A stretch of 64,000 nt of DNA. Origin: Lachnospiraceae bacterium. GTDB taxonomy: Bacteria; Bacillota; Clostridia; Lachnospirales; Lachnospiraceae. Location of the stretch: positions 2,566 through 66,565 of the forward strand of contig JAGHER010000088.1 in assembly GCA_017889125.1 (NCBI GenBank). The letters are read 5' to 3'. Within the stretch, counting starts at the first letter, position 1; each line of letters begins with the position of its first letter. The notes beneath the pieces are model-generated. The model did not search any database. It saw only the letters and a list, made by a program, of their open reading frames with translations, and was not told the DNA's origin. The position numbers were made by a program, and so were the translations under genes. Positions 35,893 to 45,621 of this stretch are shown piece by piece.

Positions 35893-36176
35893 ATTGTTAT
35901 TACCACACTTTTTTTGATTAACGTACTTTATTCTAATATGAAATTATAGAGGGAAAACGGAAGAAAAGCAACCAAAAAACGCAGAAAAAATGAAAATTTG
36001 CAAGGGAATCGTAAGATATGTACGCTGCTTTTGACCAGAATGCTGGCCTGGGAGACAGTGGTTTTTTGAAGTTCTTCCTATTATATAAAAAAAGAAAAAC
36101 ATGCAAAATGACCAGCGGATAAGAGAAAAACCATGCATTTTAGATAAAAGTGAACAAGAATATGAAAAAGTGTGCG

Positions 36177-36205
36177 TTGAAAATGTTCCAAAAGGATGAT
36201 ATGAT
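36177..36205 (+). promoter_or_regulatory. Extended -10 sigma-A promoter of the second LplABC-type locus
   Basis: TTGAAA 36177-36182, 17 nt, TGa-TATGAT (TG 36197-36198, hexamer 36200-36205). Upstream direct repeats GAAAAAC(C)ATGCA at 36094 and 36125 (31 bp apart) are candidate AraC sites. Confidence 0.5.
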
Positions 36206-36218
36206 AGCACTGTAAAAA

Positions 36219-36230
36219 AGGTGCGCACCT
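36219..36230. promoter_or_regulatory. 12-bp perfect palindrome in the 5' leader
   Basis: AGGTGCGCACCT flanked by A-runs, about 14 nt downstream of the -10 box. Confidence 0.3.
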
Positions 36231-36262
36231 AAAAACAAAAAAGAAATACAGGGAGGTAAAAC

Positions 36263-37861
36263 ATGAAGGTTAAGAAAATGCTTGCTGCCGGTATGGCTGC
36301 AACAATGGTAGCTTCTCTTGGACTGACCGGATGCTCCGGTTCTTCTAATGACAGCGCAGACACCAACACTCAGGCAAACAGCGAGACTGCTGCACAGGGC
36401 GGTGACAGTGCTGAGACTGAGGCAGATGCTTCTGCAGAGAGCGATGTTGAGAAGCCGGAAAAGATTAAGATCATGGTAGACGGTACCGTGTTCACCCAGG
36501 CTAATGCCAGAGATAAGTTCGAGGCAAGATGGGAGGAGCTGACCGGTATCGATCTGGAGATCATTCAGCCTGACCATGATGCTTACTATGATGTAGTTGG
36601 ACAGACCTTCGCATCTGGCCCAGAGAACTGGCCGGACGCAATGATCCTTTCTTCTTCCTATTATACTGGATATGCTGAGGAGGGCGCTCTCTGGGATATG
36701 ACTGCTGCCTGGGAGAATTCTGATCTGAAGGCTTCCGGACGGGTTACCGGCGAGGATGTTATTGAGAACATGAAGATCGACGGACAGTTATACGGCTTCC
36801 CGGTTACCAGAGGTAACGGCTGTATCACCTACGTAAAGAAGGCATGGTTAGACAACTGCGGTCTTGAGGCTCCCACCAACTACGAAGAGTACCTGGCTAT
36901 GCTGGAAGCCTTCACCACTGGCGATCCCGATGGAAACGGCGTTAACGGCGATACCTACGGTGTATCCGCAGCAGGCATCATCGCAGCTGAGGCTCCTTAT
37001 ACCAACTATCTGCCTGAATTCTACCAGGATGCATATTCTTCCTTCATTAAGGGCGATGACGGTGTTTGGTATGACGGCTTTACTCAGGACAACTTCAAGG
37101 ATGCTTTAGGCAGACTGAGAGAAGCATATGCAGCAGGCTACATTGATAAGGAAAGCTTAACCAATGGTACCAACGACTGCCGCAACAAGTTCTATGAGGA
37201 TAAGTTCGGCGTATTCACCTACTGGGCAGGTACCTGGAACACCAACTTAAAGACCAACCTGGAAGCACAGGGACTTGACGGCGAGTTAGTTGCCCTGCCG
37301 CCGATTGCTGAGCTTGGTGCTTACACCGAGAGAAACTCACCGGTATGGTGCATCACCGCTACCTGTGAGAATCCGGAAGGCGTATTTAAGTATCTCATCG
37401 AGTCCATGTTAGACGGCGGCGACATGCAGACCTTATGGACCTACGGTGTAGAGGATGTTCACTGGTCCACCAAGGCCGAGACCGTTTGCGACAACACCTA
37501 CGAAGAGGGCCAGTTCCACTTTGAGGAGAGTCTGGAGAGACCTGGCACCCAGTATACCAAGGCTCACATCGATCCCATGCTGTCTATCGTAACCTGGGAA
37601 AATGATCCGGGCAGCGCGGCTATCCCGGAGGAGAGCAAGAACTCTCAGCAGATTTTCAACGATAACTGTGTACAGGCACAGCTGGTTCCCTCTACTGAGG
37701 AGATGGCTACCTACAACGGCGACCTGACCACACTGAAGAACTCCATCATCGCTGATGTAGTTGTACAGGGTATTTCCATTGATGAGGCTTATGCACGCTT
37801 CGAGTCCGAGGGCGGTGCTCAGTGGTCTCAGATGATCGTTGATTCTCTGAACGCACAGTAA
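36263..37861 (+). CDS. Large extracellular solute-binding lipoprotein, LplA-like
   Basis: GGGAGG SD; MKVKKMLAAGMAATMVASLGLTGC has lipobox LTGC; 532 aa. Confidence 0.88.
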   Translation: MKVKKMLAAGMAATMVASLGLTGCSGSSNDSADTNTQANSETAAQGGDSAETEADASAESDVEKPEKIKIMVDGTVFTQANARDKFEARWEELTGIDLEIIQPDHDAYYDVVGQTFASGPENWPDAMILSSSYYTGYAEEGALWDMTAAWENSDLKASGRVTGEDVIENMKIDGQLYGFPVTRGNGCITYVKKAWLDNCGLEAPTNYEEYLAMLEAFTTGDPDGNGVNGDTYGVSAAGIIAAEAPYTNYLPEFYQDAYSSFIKGDDGVWYDGFTQDNFKDALGRLREAYAAGYIDKESLTNGTNDCRNKFYEDKFGVFTYWAGTWNTNLKTNLEAQGLDGELVALPPIAELGAYTERNSPVWCITATCENPEGVFKYLIESMLDGGDMQTLWTYGVEDVHWSTKAETVCDNTYEEGQFHFEESLERPGTQYTKAHIDPMLSIVTWENDPGSAAIPEESKNSQQIFNDNCVQAQLVPSTEEMATYNGDLTTLKNSIIADVVVQGISIDEAYARFESEGGAQWSQMIVDSLNAQ

Positions 37862-37891
37862 TTTTAGCGCCTGTTTAGGGAGGTATTTGTA

Positions 37892-38857
37892 ATGAGCAAA
37901 AAAGGAAAGGGTTCTGCAGTAGCAGTAAATGCTGCAGGCGAGAACAAACGTCCTCTTTTAGTATCTCTTCATTATTACAGAGGATTTTATGTGATGTTTC
38001 TCCCGGTACTGATTTTCGCGGTAGTGTTCCACTATCTGCCTATGGTTGGTATCCGGTACGCTTTCTGCACCTACAAGGGTATCAAGGCCCCGGAATTTAT
38101 CGGTCTGGGAAACTTTGAGAAGATGATCAGCATGCCAGGCTTCTGGAGTGCTTTTGGCAACACCCTTGTAATCAGTATTGTTAAGCTGCTTTTAAACACG
38201 TTCATGGCAGTTATTCTTTCGATCCTGCTGAACGAGCTCCGCAATCTGAAATTTAAGAAGTTTGCGCAGACAGTGGTATATCTTCCCCACTTTATGTCCT
38301 GGGTAGTTACGGCATCTGTATTTACCCTGATTCTGTCCCCTACCAACGCAGGTCTGGTTAACTCCATCCTGATTAAGCTGGGGATCCTTGATGAAGGTGT
38401 TTACTTCCTGGGATCTCAGGACTGGTGGCGGCCCATGTACTACGTGATCAATGTGTGGAAGGATACTGGATGGGGAACGATCATCTTCATGGCAACCCTT
38501 TCCGGAATCAGCCCCGAGCTTTATGAGGCGGCATCCATGGACGGCGCCGGACGCTGGAACTGCATGCGCTATATCACGCTTCCTGCGCTGGCCAACACCA
38601 TTATTACGGTTCTGATTCTTAACCTGGCCAAGATCATGAATCTGTTCGAGTCTGTATTCGTATTACAGAATGACGCGGTTGTTAAGCAGGCGGACGTACT
38701 TCAGACTTACATTTATACACAGACATTCAACTCCGGAGCCCTTCCGGACTACGGTTATACGACGGCAGTAGGTCTTGCCTCCTCTATCGTAGGCTGTATT
38801 CTGGTTCTTGTCTGCAACAAGGCAAGCTATAAGGTTCGCGGCAGAGGTATCGTATAA
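37892..38857 (+). CDS. ABC sugar permease, LplB-like
   Basis: Multi-pass membrane protein, EAA loop LYEAASMDGAGRWNCMRYITLP. Confidence 0.88.
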   Translation: MSKKGKGSAVAVNAAGENKRPLLVSLHYYRGFYVMFLPVLIFAVVFHYLPMVGIRYAFCTYKGIKAPEFIGLGNFEKMISMPGFWSAFGNTLVISIVKLLLNTFMAVILSILLNELRNLKFKKFAQTVVYLPHFMSWVVTASVFTLILSPTNAGLVNSILIKLGILDEGVYFLGSQDWWRPMYYVINVWKDTGWGTIIFMATLSGISPELYEAASMDGAGRWNCMRYITLPALANTIITVLILNLAKIMNLFESVFVLQNDAVVKQADVLQTYIYTQTFNSGALPDYGYTTAVGLASSIVGCILVLVCNKASYKVRGRGIV

Positions 38858-38872
38858 GGAGGAGGGGAAAAC

Positions 38873-39712
38873 ATGAAGACTAAGAAAGCAACCGCATTTG
38901 ACTATGTGTTGGTGCTGATATTCGTGTTAATTTGTTTTATCATGATTATCCCCATCTACAAAGTCCTGATTGACTCGCTTGACTTAAAGACGGCTTATGG
39001 TATGAAGCTTCTGCCGGAGCAGTTTGGTCTGGCTGGCTACAAGTCGGTATTTACTAATCCGACCCTGTACCGTCCGTTCCTGGTATCCTGCCTTACCACG
39101 GTAGCAGGTACCTTCTGCGGTCTGGCAATTTCCACTCTGGGCGCTTACGTGCTGATTCAGTGGAAGATGCCCGGAAGAAACTTTTTTGCAAACCTTCTGC
39201 TCTTTACAATGATTTTCAACGGTGGTATGATTCCTACATACCTGGTTATGAGGAGCCTGCACCTGACGAATACATTGTGGGTAGTAATTCTTCTTCCGGC
39301 AATTAACGTTTACAACCTGGTTCTGATGAGAAACTTCTTCGAAGGAATCCCGGGAAGCTTGTTTGAGTCAGCAGAGATGGATGGATGCTCTCCCATGAGA
39401 ATCTTCTTCCAGATCGTGCTTCCGCTTTCCAAGGCGGCTCTGACAGCGATCGGTCTGATGTTCGCAGTTTCTTACTGGAACGATTACACCAACTACAAGC
39501 TGTATATCACAAATGAGAACCTGTATAACTTCCAGATGAAGCTGAGATCCGTTATCATGGGTAGCGATTTGCCTACAGCAGTTGGCGGCGCAACGGAGAA
39601 CACGGTAAAGAACGCTGCAGTTATCGTAGCTATCCTTCCGTTCATGATTATCTATCCGTTCTGCCAGCAGTATTTCATCCAGGGTGTTAATATCGGAGCC
39701 GTAAAGGAATAA
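38873..39712 (+). CDS. ABC sugar permease, LplC-like
   Basis: EAA loop LFESAEMDGCSPMRIFFQIVLP; GGAGGGG SD. Confidence 0.88.
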   Translation: MKTKKATAFDYVLVLIFVLICFIMIIPIYKVLIDSLDLKTAYGMKLLPEQFGLAGYKSVFTNPTLYRPFLVSCLTTVAGTFCGLAISTLGAYVLIQWKMPGRNFFANLLLFTMIFNGGMIPTYLVMRSLHLTNTLWVVILLPAINVYNLVLMRNFFEGIPGSLFESAEMDGCSPMRIFFQIVLPLSKAALTAIGLMFAVSYWNDYTNYKLYITNENLYNFQMKLRSVIMGSDLPTAVGGATENTVKNAAVIVAILPFMIIYPFCQQYFIQGVNIGAVKE

Positions 39713-39722
39713 TGGCTTTTTC

Positions 39723-39751
39723 AAAAAGGGGCAGGTATACTGCCCCTTTTT
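39723..39751 (+). terminator. Strong rho-independent terminator (A-run/stem/T-run, potentially bidirectional)
   Basis: AAAAAGGGGCAG gtata CTGCCCCTTTTT, perfect 12-bp arms. Confidence 0.85.
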
Positions 39752-39836
39752 GCTTGATTAGGGCAGAAAATGACATAAATTAAATTTCGGCTGGAATTCG
39801 GCTAGACCTGGTATCCAGCCAGACATGGAGGGAAAA

Positions 39837-41357
39837 ATGTACCAGAACCCAATTTTGTATGCTGACTATTCAGATCCGGACGTAGTCCGGGTAGGAGAGG
39901 ATTACTATATGGTAGCCTCTTCTTTTACTTATCTGCCGGGAGTGCCTCTTCTTCATTCGAAGGATCTGGTTCACTGGGAGATTATCAATTACTGTGTGCG
40001 CTCACTTCCTTTTGAGAAGTATAATAAGCCGTCCCATGGCTCCGGCACCTGGGCGCCGTCTATCCGGTATCATCAGGGAACCTTTTATGTGTTTGTTCCT
40101 CTTCCGGATGAGGGGATCTTTGTGGCCCGCTCCACTGACCCTTACGGCGAGTTTACCCTGAACTGCATCCAGGAGGCAAAGGGCTGGATCGATCCCTGCC
40201 CGCTGTGGGATGATGATGGAAAGGCTTACATGATCTTTGCTTATGCCAGAAGCCGGGCAGGAATCAAGCACCGTCTGATGGTGGCGGAGATTGATCCGGA
40301 ATGCACGAAGTTACTTACGGAGCCGAGACTGGTATTTGACGGAGAGCAGCTGGGCCCCACTACCGAAGGCCCCAAATTCTACAAGTATGACGGCTGGTAC
40401 TATGTGCTGATGCCCTCTGGCGGTGTGGCTACTGGATGGCAGTCGGCCCTGCGCTCTAAGTCGGTGTACGGCCCCTATGAGTACCGGATTGTTATGCATC
40501 AGGGTGGGACAGAGGTAAATGGCCCCCATCAGGGCGGCTGGGTAACCGGCACAGATGGACGGCACTGGTTTGTTCATTTCCAGGATGTGATTGAGCTGGG
40601 ACGGATCACCCACCTGCAGCCCATGTGCTTTAACGCAGGCTGGCCCTTCATCGGCGAAGAGAAGAATGGGGACGGCATCGGTGAGCCGGTAGAGGAGTGG
40701 AGCCTCCCCGCAGAGGGACAGCCCCTTTACCAGATTGCCCAGTCGGATGATTTCGCGGATACCAAGCTGGGTCTCCAGTGGCAGTGGCAGGCGAATCCCG
40801 ATGATTCCAATTATGAACTGGATGGGAAGACTGGCCTTCACCTGTTCTGCAAGGCAAATGATACCCGGGAAAATCTTCTGTGGTATGCGCCCAATGCACT
40901 GACCCAGATTCCCCAGCATCAGGCGCTGTTTATGACGGCAAAGATCCAGCTGTGTGCTGCAGAGCAGGGAGACCTGGCGGCCCTGGGCATGATCGGCCAC
41001 AAGTATGCTTACGCCGGACTGGAGAAGACGGCGGAGGGGAACCGTCTGGTGCTTTATACAGGCACGGTGACCAACAAAGATCTGGAGGGAGAGGCTGTGG
41101 AGACCCTGGCGGAGACCTGCGCTTATGAGGGGGATACGGTTTATATTCGGATGGAGCTTTCCGAGAAGAAGGCCTACCGCTTCCAGTGGTCTCAGGACGG
41201 CATCCGCTATCACCGGTTTGGTGAGGATCAGCCCCTGCATCGTGCTACCTGGACGGGAGCTAAGCTGTGTCTGTGGAGTGCCAACAAAGAAAATCGGAAA
41301 TCGGAGGGATACGGCCGGTATGATTTTGTACACATCGAAGACCGAAGCGGCTGCTAA
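39837..41357 (+). CDS. GH43 beta-xylosidase/alpha-L-arabinofuranosidase-type enzyme with C-terminal beta-sandwich
   Basis: NPILYADYSDPDVVRVGEDYYM, TWAPSIRYHQGTFYVF, IDPCPLWDDDGKAYM, EGPKFYKYDGWYYVLM. GGAGGG 39827-39832 favours ATG 39837 over 39825. Confidence 0.88.
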   Translation: MYQNPILYADYSDPDVVRVGEDYYMVASSFTYLPGVPLLHSKDLVHWEIINYCVRSLPFEKYNKPSHGSGTWAPSIRYHQGTFYVFVPLPDEGIFVARSTDPYGEFTLNCIQEAKGWIDPCPLWDDDGKAYMIFAYARSRAGIKHRLMVAEIDPECTKLLTEPRLVFDGEQLGPTTEGPKFYKYDGWYYVLMPSGGVATGWQSALRSKSVYGPYEYRIVMHQGGTEVNGPHQGGWVTGTDGRHWFVHFQDVIELGRITHLQPMCFNAGWPFIGEEKNGDGIGEPVEEWSLPAEGQPLYQIAQSDDFADTKLGLQWQWQANPDDSNYELDGKTGLHLFCKANDTRENLLWYAPNALTQIPQHQALFMTAKIQLCAAEQGDLAALGMIGHKYAYAGLEKTAEGNRLVLYTGTVTNKDLEGEAVETLAETCAYEGDTVYIRMELSEKKAYRFQWSQDGIRYHRFGEDQPLHRATWTGAKLCLWSANKENRKSEGYGRYDFVHIEDRSGC

Positions 41358-43182
41358 GAAGACGTATCAGGCAGCGCTGGAAGGGGATTATGAGCAGGTT
41401 CGCAGGCTGATCGACCATACCTTTAATACAGAGGACTGCGATCCGGAGGGGAACAGCCTTCTTCACTACGCTGTCCGGGGCGGCAGCCTTGAGCTGGTGA
41501 AGTATCTGGTGGAGGCCTGCGGCATGAGTCCGGTGTGGGCCAATGCCCAGATGGTTACCCCTTATGACGAGGCCTTTGCCCTTACTGAGGGAGAGAAGGC
41601 CAGAGCGATTCAGGACTATTTTTATCAGGTCTGCGGCTTTTCGCGGGAGGAATGCTACCGGAATCCCGTGGGCCGGGGGATGCATGCGGACCCCAGCATT
41701 ATCCGGGTGGGCGAGGATTACTATATGGTTAATTCCAGCTTTGTCTACTTCCCCTGTATTCCTATTTCCCATTCCCGTGATCTGGTGCACTGGGAGGTGA
41801 TCGGGCATGCGGTAACTGACCGGAAGTGGGCCGAGGAGCACCTGGGCGGCTTGGAGGGCGGCCGGGGCTTCTGGGCGCCGGATATCAGCTATTATGAAGG
41901 GCGGTTTTACATCTGTGCCACCCTTCGCAACAATGATGATGCGCCCTACATCCAGACCCAGATGGTCACCAGCGCGTCCCGGCCAGAGGGCCCCTATGAC
42001 ACGCCGGTGATTCACAATGTGCTGGGAATCGATCCCTCTATCTTTACGGATGATGACGGACGGCGGTATATGCTCATCAATCGCGGAGCACGGATTATGG
42101 AGATTTCTCCTGACGGAAAGGAGATCCTCTCCGAACCCCAATTAATCTGGTACGGCCATTCTGGCCATGCGCCGGAGGGGCCCCATCTGTTAAAGAAGGA
42201 TGGGTATTATTACTGCTTCCTGGCCGAGGGCGGCACGGGCAAGGGGCATATGATTACCGTGGGCAGATCAAGGAACCTGATGGGCCCCTATGAGGACTGC
42301 CCATACAATCCCATCATGACCCAGAAGGATGAGATTGCCTCTATCCAGTGCTGCGGCCACGGAAAGCCGGTGCAGATCCACGACGGCAGATGGTACATTA
42401 CGTATCTGTGCTCCCGGTTCCTGGAGGGACAGTGGGGGATGCTGGGCCGGGAGACCTGCCTGGATGAGATCACCTGGACGCCGGACGGATGGCCGGTGAT
42501 TAACCAGGGGAGAGGGCCTTCGTATATGGCGCCTCTGCCTTTTGGAGGCAAGGGGGCAGCAGGCAGCGAAGGTACTCCGGAAGGCGAATGGTCTGCAGGC
42601 AGTGAAGGGGAGCCTGGCGGCAGCCATAAAATGACGGAAGCTGGCTGGATGTCCCCGCGAACCATCGACCCGGAGCGGATTACGGTGGGAGCGGATGGCT
42701 GGATCCAGATCCGCGGCGACGGACAGGATCTGTGCAGACGGGACTGCAGGAGTCTTCTGGTGCGCTGCCAGCCGGATTTTGACTTTCAGTTTTCCTTCCA
42801 GATGGAATGGATGAAGGAAGGGGACGCAGGCATGCCCTTTGCCGGAGATGCAGGCGTGGTCTTATATTATGACGAGAACACTTATGTGAAATTCGGCGTC
42901 ACCAGGGATCAGGTCTTTGCGGCGGAGTATGTGGATGACCGGTATGTCCGGCAGGAAACATTGCCGGAAAGCTTTTCCGGACAGTGCCTCTTTACGGTGA
43001 AGACCAGAGGGCTTAGACGGGAATTCTACTATAATAATACGCTTCTGTGGACCTGGGACAGGGTTACCAGCATCTGCTCGGAGGGCCTTGTCAAGGGTAA
43101 GCGGTTCACGGGGGCCATGTATGGAGTGTACGTAAATGGCAGCAATCTTTTACGCTGGAGACAGCACGGTGAAATTCAATAA
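41320..43182 (+). CDS. Ankyrin-repeat N-terminal module fused to a GH43 catalytic domain and C-terminal beta-sandwich
   Basis: GGAGGG 41303-41308 then ATG 41320 (38-nt overlap with the upstream GH43; track start 41125 rejected). ANK-like GNSLLHYAVRGGSLELVKYLVEACG. GH43 blocks HADPSIIRVGEDYYM, FWAPDISYYEGRFY, IDPSIFTDDDGRRYM, EGPHLLKKDGYYYCF. Confidence 0.82.
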   Translation: MILYTSKTEAAAKKTYQAALEGDYEQVRRLIDHTFNTEDCDPEGNSLLHYAVRGGSLELVKYLVEACGMSPVWANAQMVTPYDEAFALTEGEKARAIQDYFYQVCGFSREECYRNPVGRGMHADPSIIRVGEDYYMVNSSFVYFPCIPISHSRDLVHWEVIGHAVTDRKWAEEHLGGLEGGRGFWAPDISYYEGRFYICATLRNNDDAPYIQTQMVTSASRPEGPYDTPVIHNVLGIDPSIFTDDDGRRYMLINRGARIMEISPDGKEILSEPQLIWYGHSGHAPEGPHLLKKDGYYYCFLAEGGTGKGHMITVGRSRNLMGPYEDCPYNPIMTQKDEIASIQCCGHGKPVQIHDGRWYITYLCSRFLEGQWGMLGRETCLDEITWTPDGWPVINQGRGPSYMAPLPFGGKGAAGSEGTPEGEWSAGSEGEPGGSHKMTEAGWMSPRTIDPERITVGADGWIQIRGDGQDLCRRDCRSLLVRCQPDFDFQFSFQMEWMKEGDAGMPFAGDAGVVLYYDENTYVKFGVTRDQVFAAEYVDDRYVRQETLPESFSGQCLFTVKTRGLRREFYYNNTLLWTWDRVTSICSEGLVKGKRFTGAMYGVYVNGSNLLRWRQHGEIQ

Positions 43183-43816
43183 AATTGATTCTTATCCCCA
43201 GACGGGGATTTCCCAGGCCATGCTCCTGTTTTTAAAGGACGGGGTAGCTATGCGCAGCTTTGCTCAGAATGGGCGGAGCACCAAGTCCTTTATCGACGAG
43301 GGCCGGCTGGATGGAATTGCCAGGGAAATCGGAGAAGGCGATTTTCTGTTTATTCAGTTTGGGCATAATGATGAGAAGGATGATCCGGAGCGGCACACGG
43401 ATCCGGAAACCACCTTTCCGGAGAATCTAATGAAATTTATCCAGACTGCAAGGGATAAAGGCGCTTATCCGGTGCTGATTACGCCCATTGCCCGCAGGCT
43501 TTTCGATGAGAAGGGGAACTTTCGTCCGGGAAGCCACGGCCCCTATCCGGAGGCCATCCGGGAGACCGGCCGCAGGGCTGGCGTTCCGGTGATTGATCTG
43601 ACTGCCATAACGGAAGGTTATCTGGCCGAGCTGGGAGATATTGCTTCCAAAGCCTACTTTATGTGGCCTAAGGACAATACCCATTTAAAGCCGGAGGGCG
43701 CTGTGCTGATGGCAGATTTCCTCTGCAGGGAGCTGGAAAAGCTGGGAGAGCCTTATTCCGGGCTTCTGGCAAGCCGGGCTTTCCAGGAAGAAAATAAAGG
43801 ACTGGATGTATCCTAG
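43136..43816 (+). CDS. SGNH/GDSL hydrolase, rhamnogalacturonan acetylesterase (CE12, YesT/RhgT)-like
   Basis: Block I IFYAGDSTV at the extreme N-terminus forces ATG 43136 (47-nt overlap with the upstream gene). Block III FIQFGHNDE, block V KDNTHLKPEGA. Confidence 0.82.
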   Translation: MAAIFYAGDSTVKFNKIDSYPQTGISQAMLLFLKDGVAMRSFAQNGRSTKSFIDEGRLDGIAREIGEGDFLFIQFGHNDEKDDPERHTDPETTFPENLMKFIQTARDKGAYPVLITPIARRLFDEKGNFRPGSHGPYPEAIRETGRRAGVPVIDLTAITEGYLAELGDIASKAYFMWPKDNTHLKPEGAVLMADFLCRELEKLGEPYSGLLASRAFQEENKGLDVS

Positions 43817-43827
43817 GAGCGTGTACC

Positions 43828-45615
43828 ATGGACAGATATGAAGAGACGGAACAGCGGTTTATCCGGTGTTATCAGAAATACGGGGATAAGTCGGTGCGTG
43901 TGCTCCTTTCCTTTTACCGGGGCCAGTACCACAAATTTCTTATTTCCACCTTGTTTTTCGTCATCAAGCATTCGCCCAGCCTTTTTTCTTCCCTGCTGAT
44001 TGCCAATGTGATTAACGGTGTTCTGGAGGGCGGCGACAGTGCAGTGCATGCCATCATCCTGAATGTGGGCATCTGGCTGGTGCTTCTGGCCATCCATCTT
44101 CCGGCCAACTGGCTGCACAATGTGTACAAAAATCGGGTGATCCGCCAGACGGAGGCGGGCCTTCGAGGGGCGCTGGTGCGCAAGCTTCAGGAGCTTTCCA
44201 TCCCTTACCATATGGAAACCCAGTCAGGGCGGCTCCAGTCCAAGATCATCCGGGATGTGGAGGCGGTGGAAACCCTTTCCTCCCAGCTGTTTGTGAATCT
44301 GATGAACATCACCATGAACCTGGTGATCACCCTGTCCATCACAGCGGTGAAGAATCGAATCATCCTGCTGTTTTTCATCCTGGTGGCTCCGGTGGCGTCA
44401 GTGACGGTAGTGGCCTTCCGCCGCCGGATCCACAAGGTGAACCGGGCTTTCCGGCGGGAAATGGAGGAGACCAGCGCCAGGGTCATGGAGATGGTAGAGT
44501 TAGTACCCGTTACCCGTGCCCATGCCTTAGAGCAGAAGGAAGTGGAAAAGATCAAGAGCCAGCTGGAGGAGACGGCGGACCGGGGATACCGCCTGGATAT
44601 GATCCAGTCCCACTTCGGCGCAGTCAGCTGGTGCGTATTCCAGGTGTTCCAGGCCCTTTGCCTGGGCTTTTCCGGCTGGATGGCTCTGCGCGGATTGATA
44701 AAAATCGGCGATGTGACCTTTTACCAGTCCAGCTTTACCACGGTGGTGAACCAGTTTTCCGCTTTAATTAACCTGCTTCCCATCCTGACCAAGGGCCTGG
44801 AGTCGGTGTCCTCCATCGGCGAGGTGCTGATTTCCGATGATGTGGAGCATAATGAGGGAAAGCTGGAGCTGACGAAGCTGGAAGGAAATTATACCTTCCG
44901 AAACGTGGCCTTTTCCTACCGGGATTCGGATCAATCGGTATTAAATGGGTTTAATCTGGAAGTCAAGGCAGGGGAGACCATTGCTCTGGTGGGTGAGTCC
45001 GGATCTGGAAAGACGACGGCTTTGAATCTGGTGATCGGTTTCATCACCCCCACGGATGGTCATCTGCTGATTGACGGTCATGATGTAAATGATCTGAATC
45101 TGCGAAGCTACCGGCATTTTATTTCCGTGGTGCCCCAGACGCCCATCCTTTTTACGGGGACGGTTCGGGATAACATCACCTACGGAATGGAAAACGTGAC
45201 GGAGGAGGAGATTGCCCATGCGGTGGAGGCGGCAAACTTAAAATCAGTGATTGCCAAGCTGCCTAACGGGCTGGATACCATGATCGAGGAGCACGGGGCG
45301 AACTTAAGCGGCGGCCAGCGGCAGAGGATTTCCATTGCCCGGGCCATTATCCGCAATCCGCGGGTGGTTATTCTGGATGAGGCCACCTCGGCTCTGGATA
45401 CCATTTCCGAAAAGGAGATCCAGGATGCGTTAGACCGGCTGCTTAAAGGAAGAACCACCTTTATTGTGGCCCACCGTCTGTCCACCGTCAGAGGTGCAGA
45501 CCGGATTGTGGTGTTGGATAAAGGAAAAATCAGAGAGGAGGGAAGCTATCAGGAGCTGATGGACCTGAAAGGGGAATTCTACGAGATGGAGCGGCTCCAG
45601 ATGGCATTGCGATAG
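43828..45615 (+). CDS. ABC exporter half-transporter (fused TMD-NBD, MsbA/MdlB-like)
   Basis: Six N-terminal TM helices; Walker A GESGSGKTT, signature LSGGQRQRISIARA, Walker B VVILDEATSALD; AGGAG SD. Confidence 0.88.
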   Translation: MDRYEETEQRFIRCYQKYGDKSVRVLLSFYRGQYHKFLISTLFFVIKHSPSLFSSLLIANVINGVLEGGDSAVHAIILNVGIWLVLLAIHLPANWLHNVYKNRVIRQTEAGLRGALVRKLQELSIPYHMETQSGRLQSKIIRDVEAVETLSSQLFVNLMNITMNLVITLSITAVKNRIILLFFILVAPVASVTVVAFRRRIHKVNRAFRREMEETSARVMEMVELVPVTRAHALEQKEVEKIKSQLEETADRGYRLDMIQSHFGAVSWCVFQVFQALCLGFSGWMALRGLIKIGDVTFYQSSFTTVVNQFSALINLLPILTKGLESVSSIGEVLISDDVEHNEGKLELTKLEGNYTFRNVAFSYRDSDQSVLNGFNLEVKAGETIALVGESGSGKTTALNLVIGFITPTDGHLLIDGHDVNDLNLRSYRHFISVVPQTPILFTGTVRDNITYGMENVTEEEIAHAVEAANLKSVIAKLPNGLDTMIEEHGANLSGGQRQRISIARAIIRNPRVVILDEATSALDTISEKEIQDALDRLLKGRTTFIVAHRLSTVRGADRIVVLDKGKIREEGSYQELMDLKGEFYEMERLQMALR

Positions 45616-45621
45616 ACAGGC

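Noticed and set aside
41125-41319. 65-aa N-terminal extension of the ankyrin-GH43 ORF
   Set aside because: It lies entirely inside the preceding GH43 gene in another frame, with Arg/Cys-rich nonsense composition. A GGAGGG SD precedes ATG 41320.
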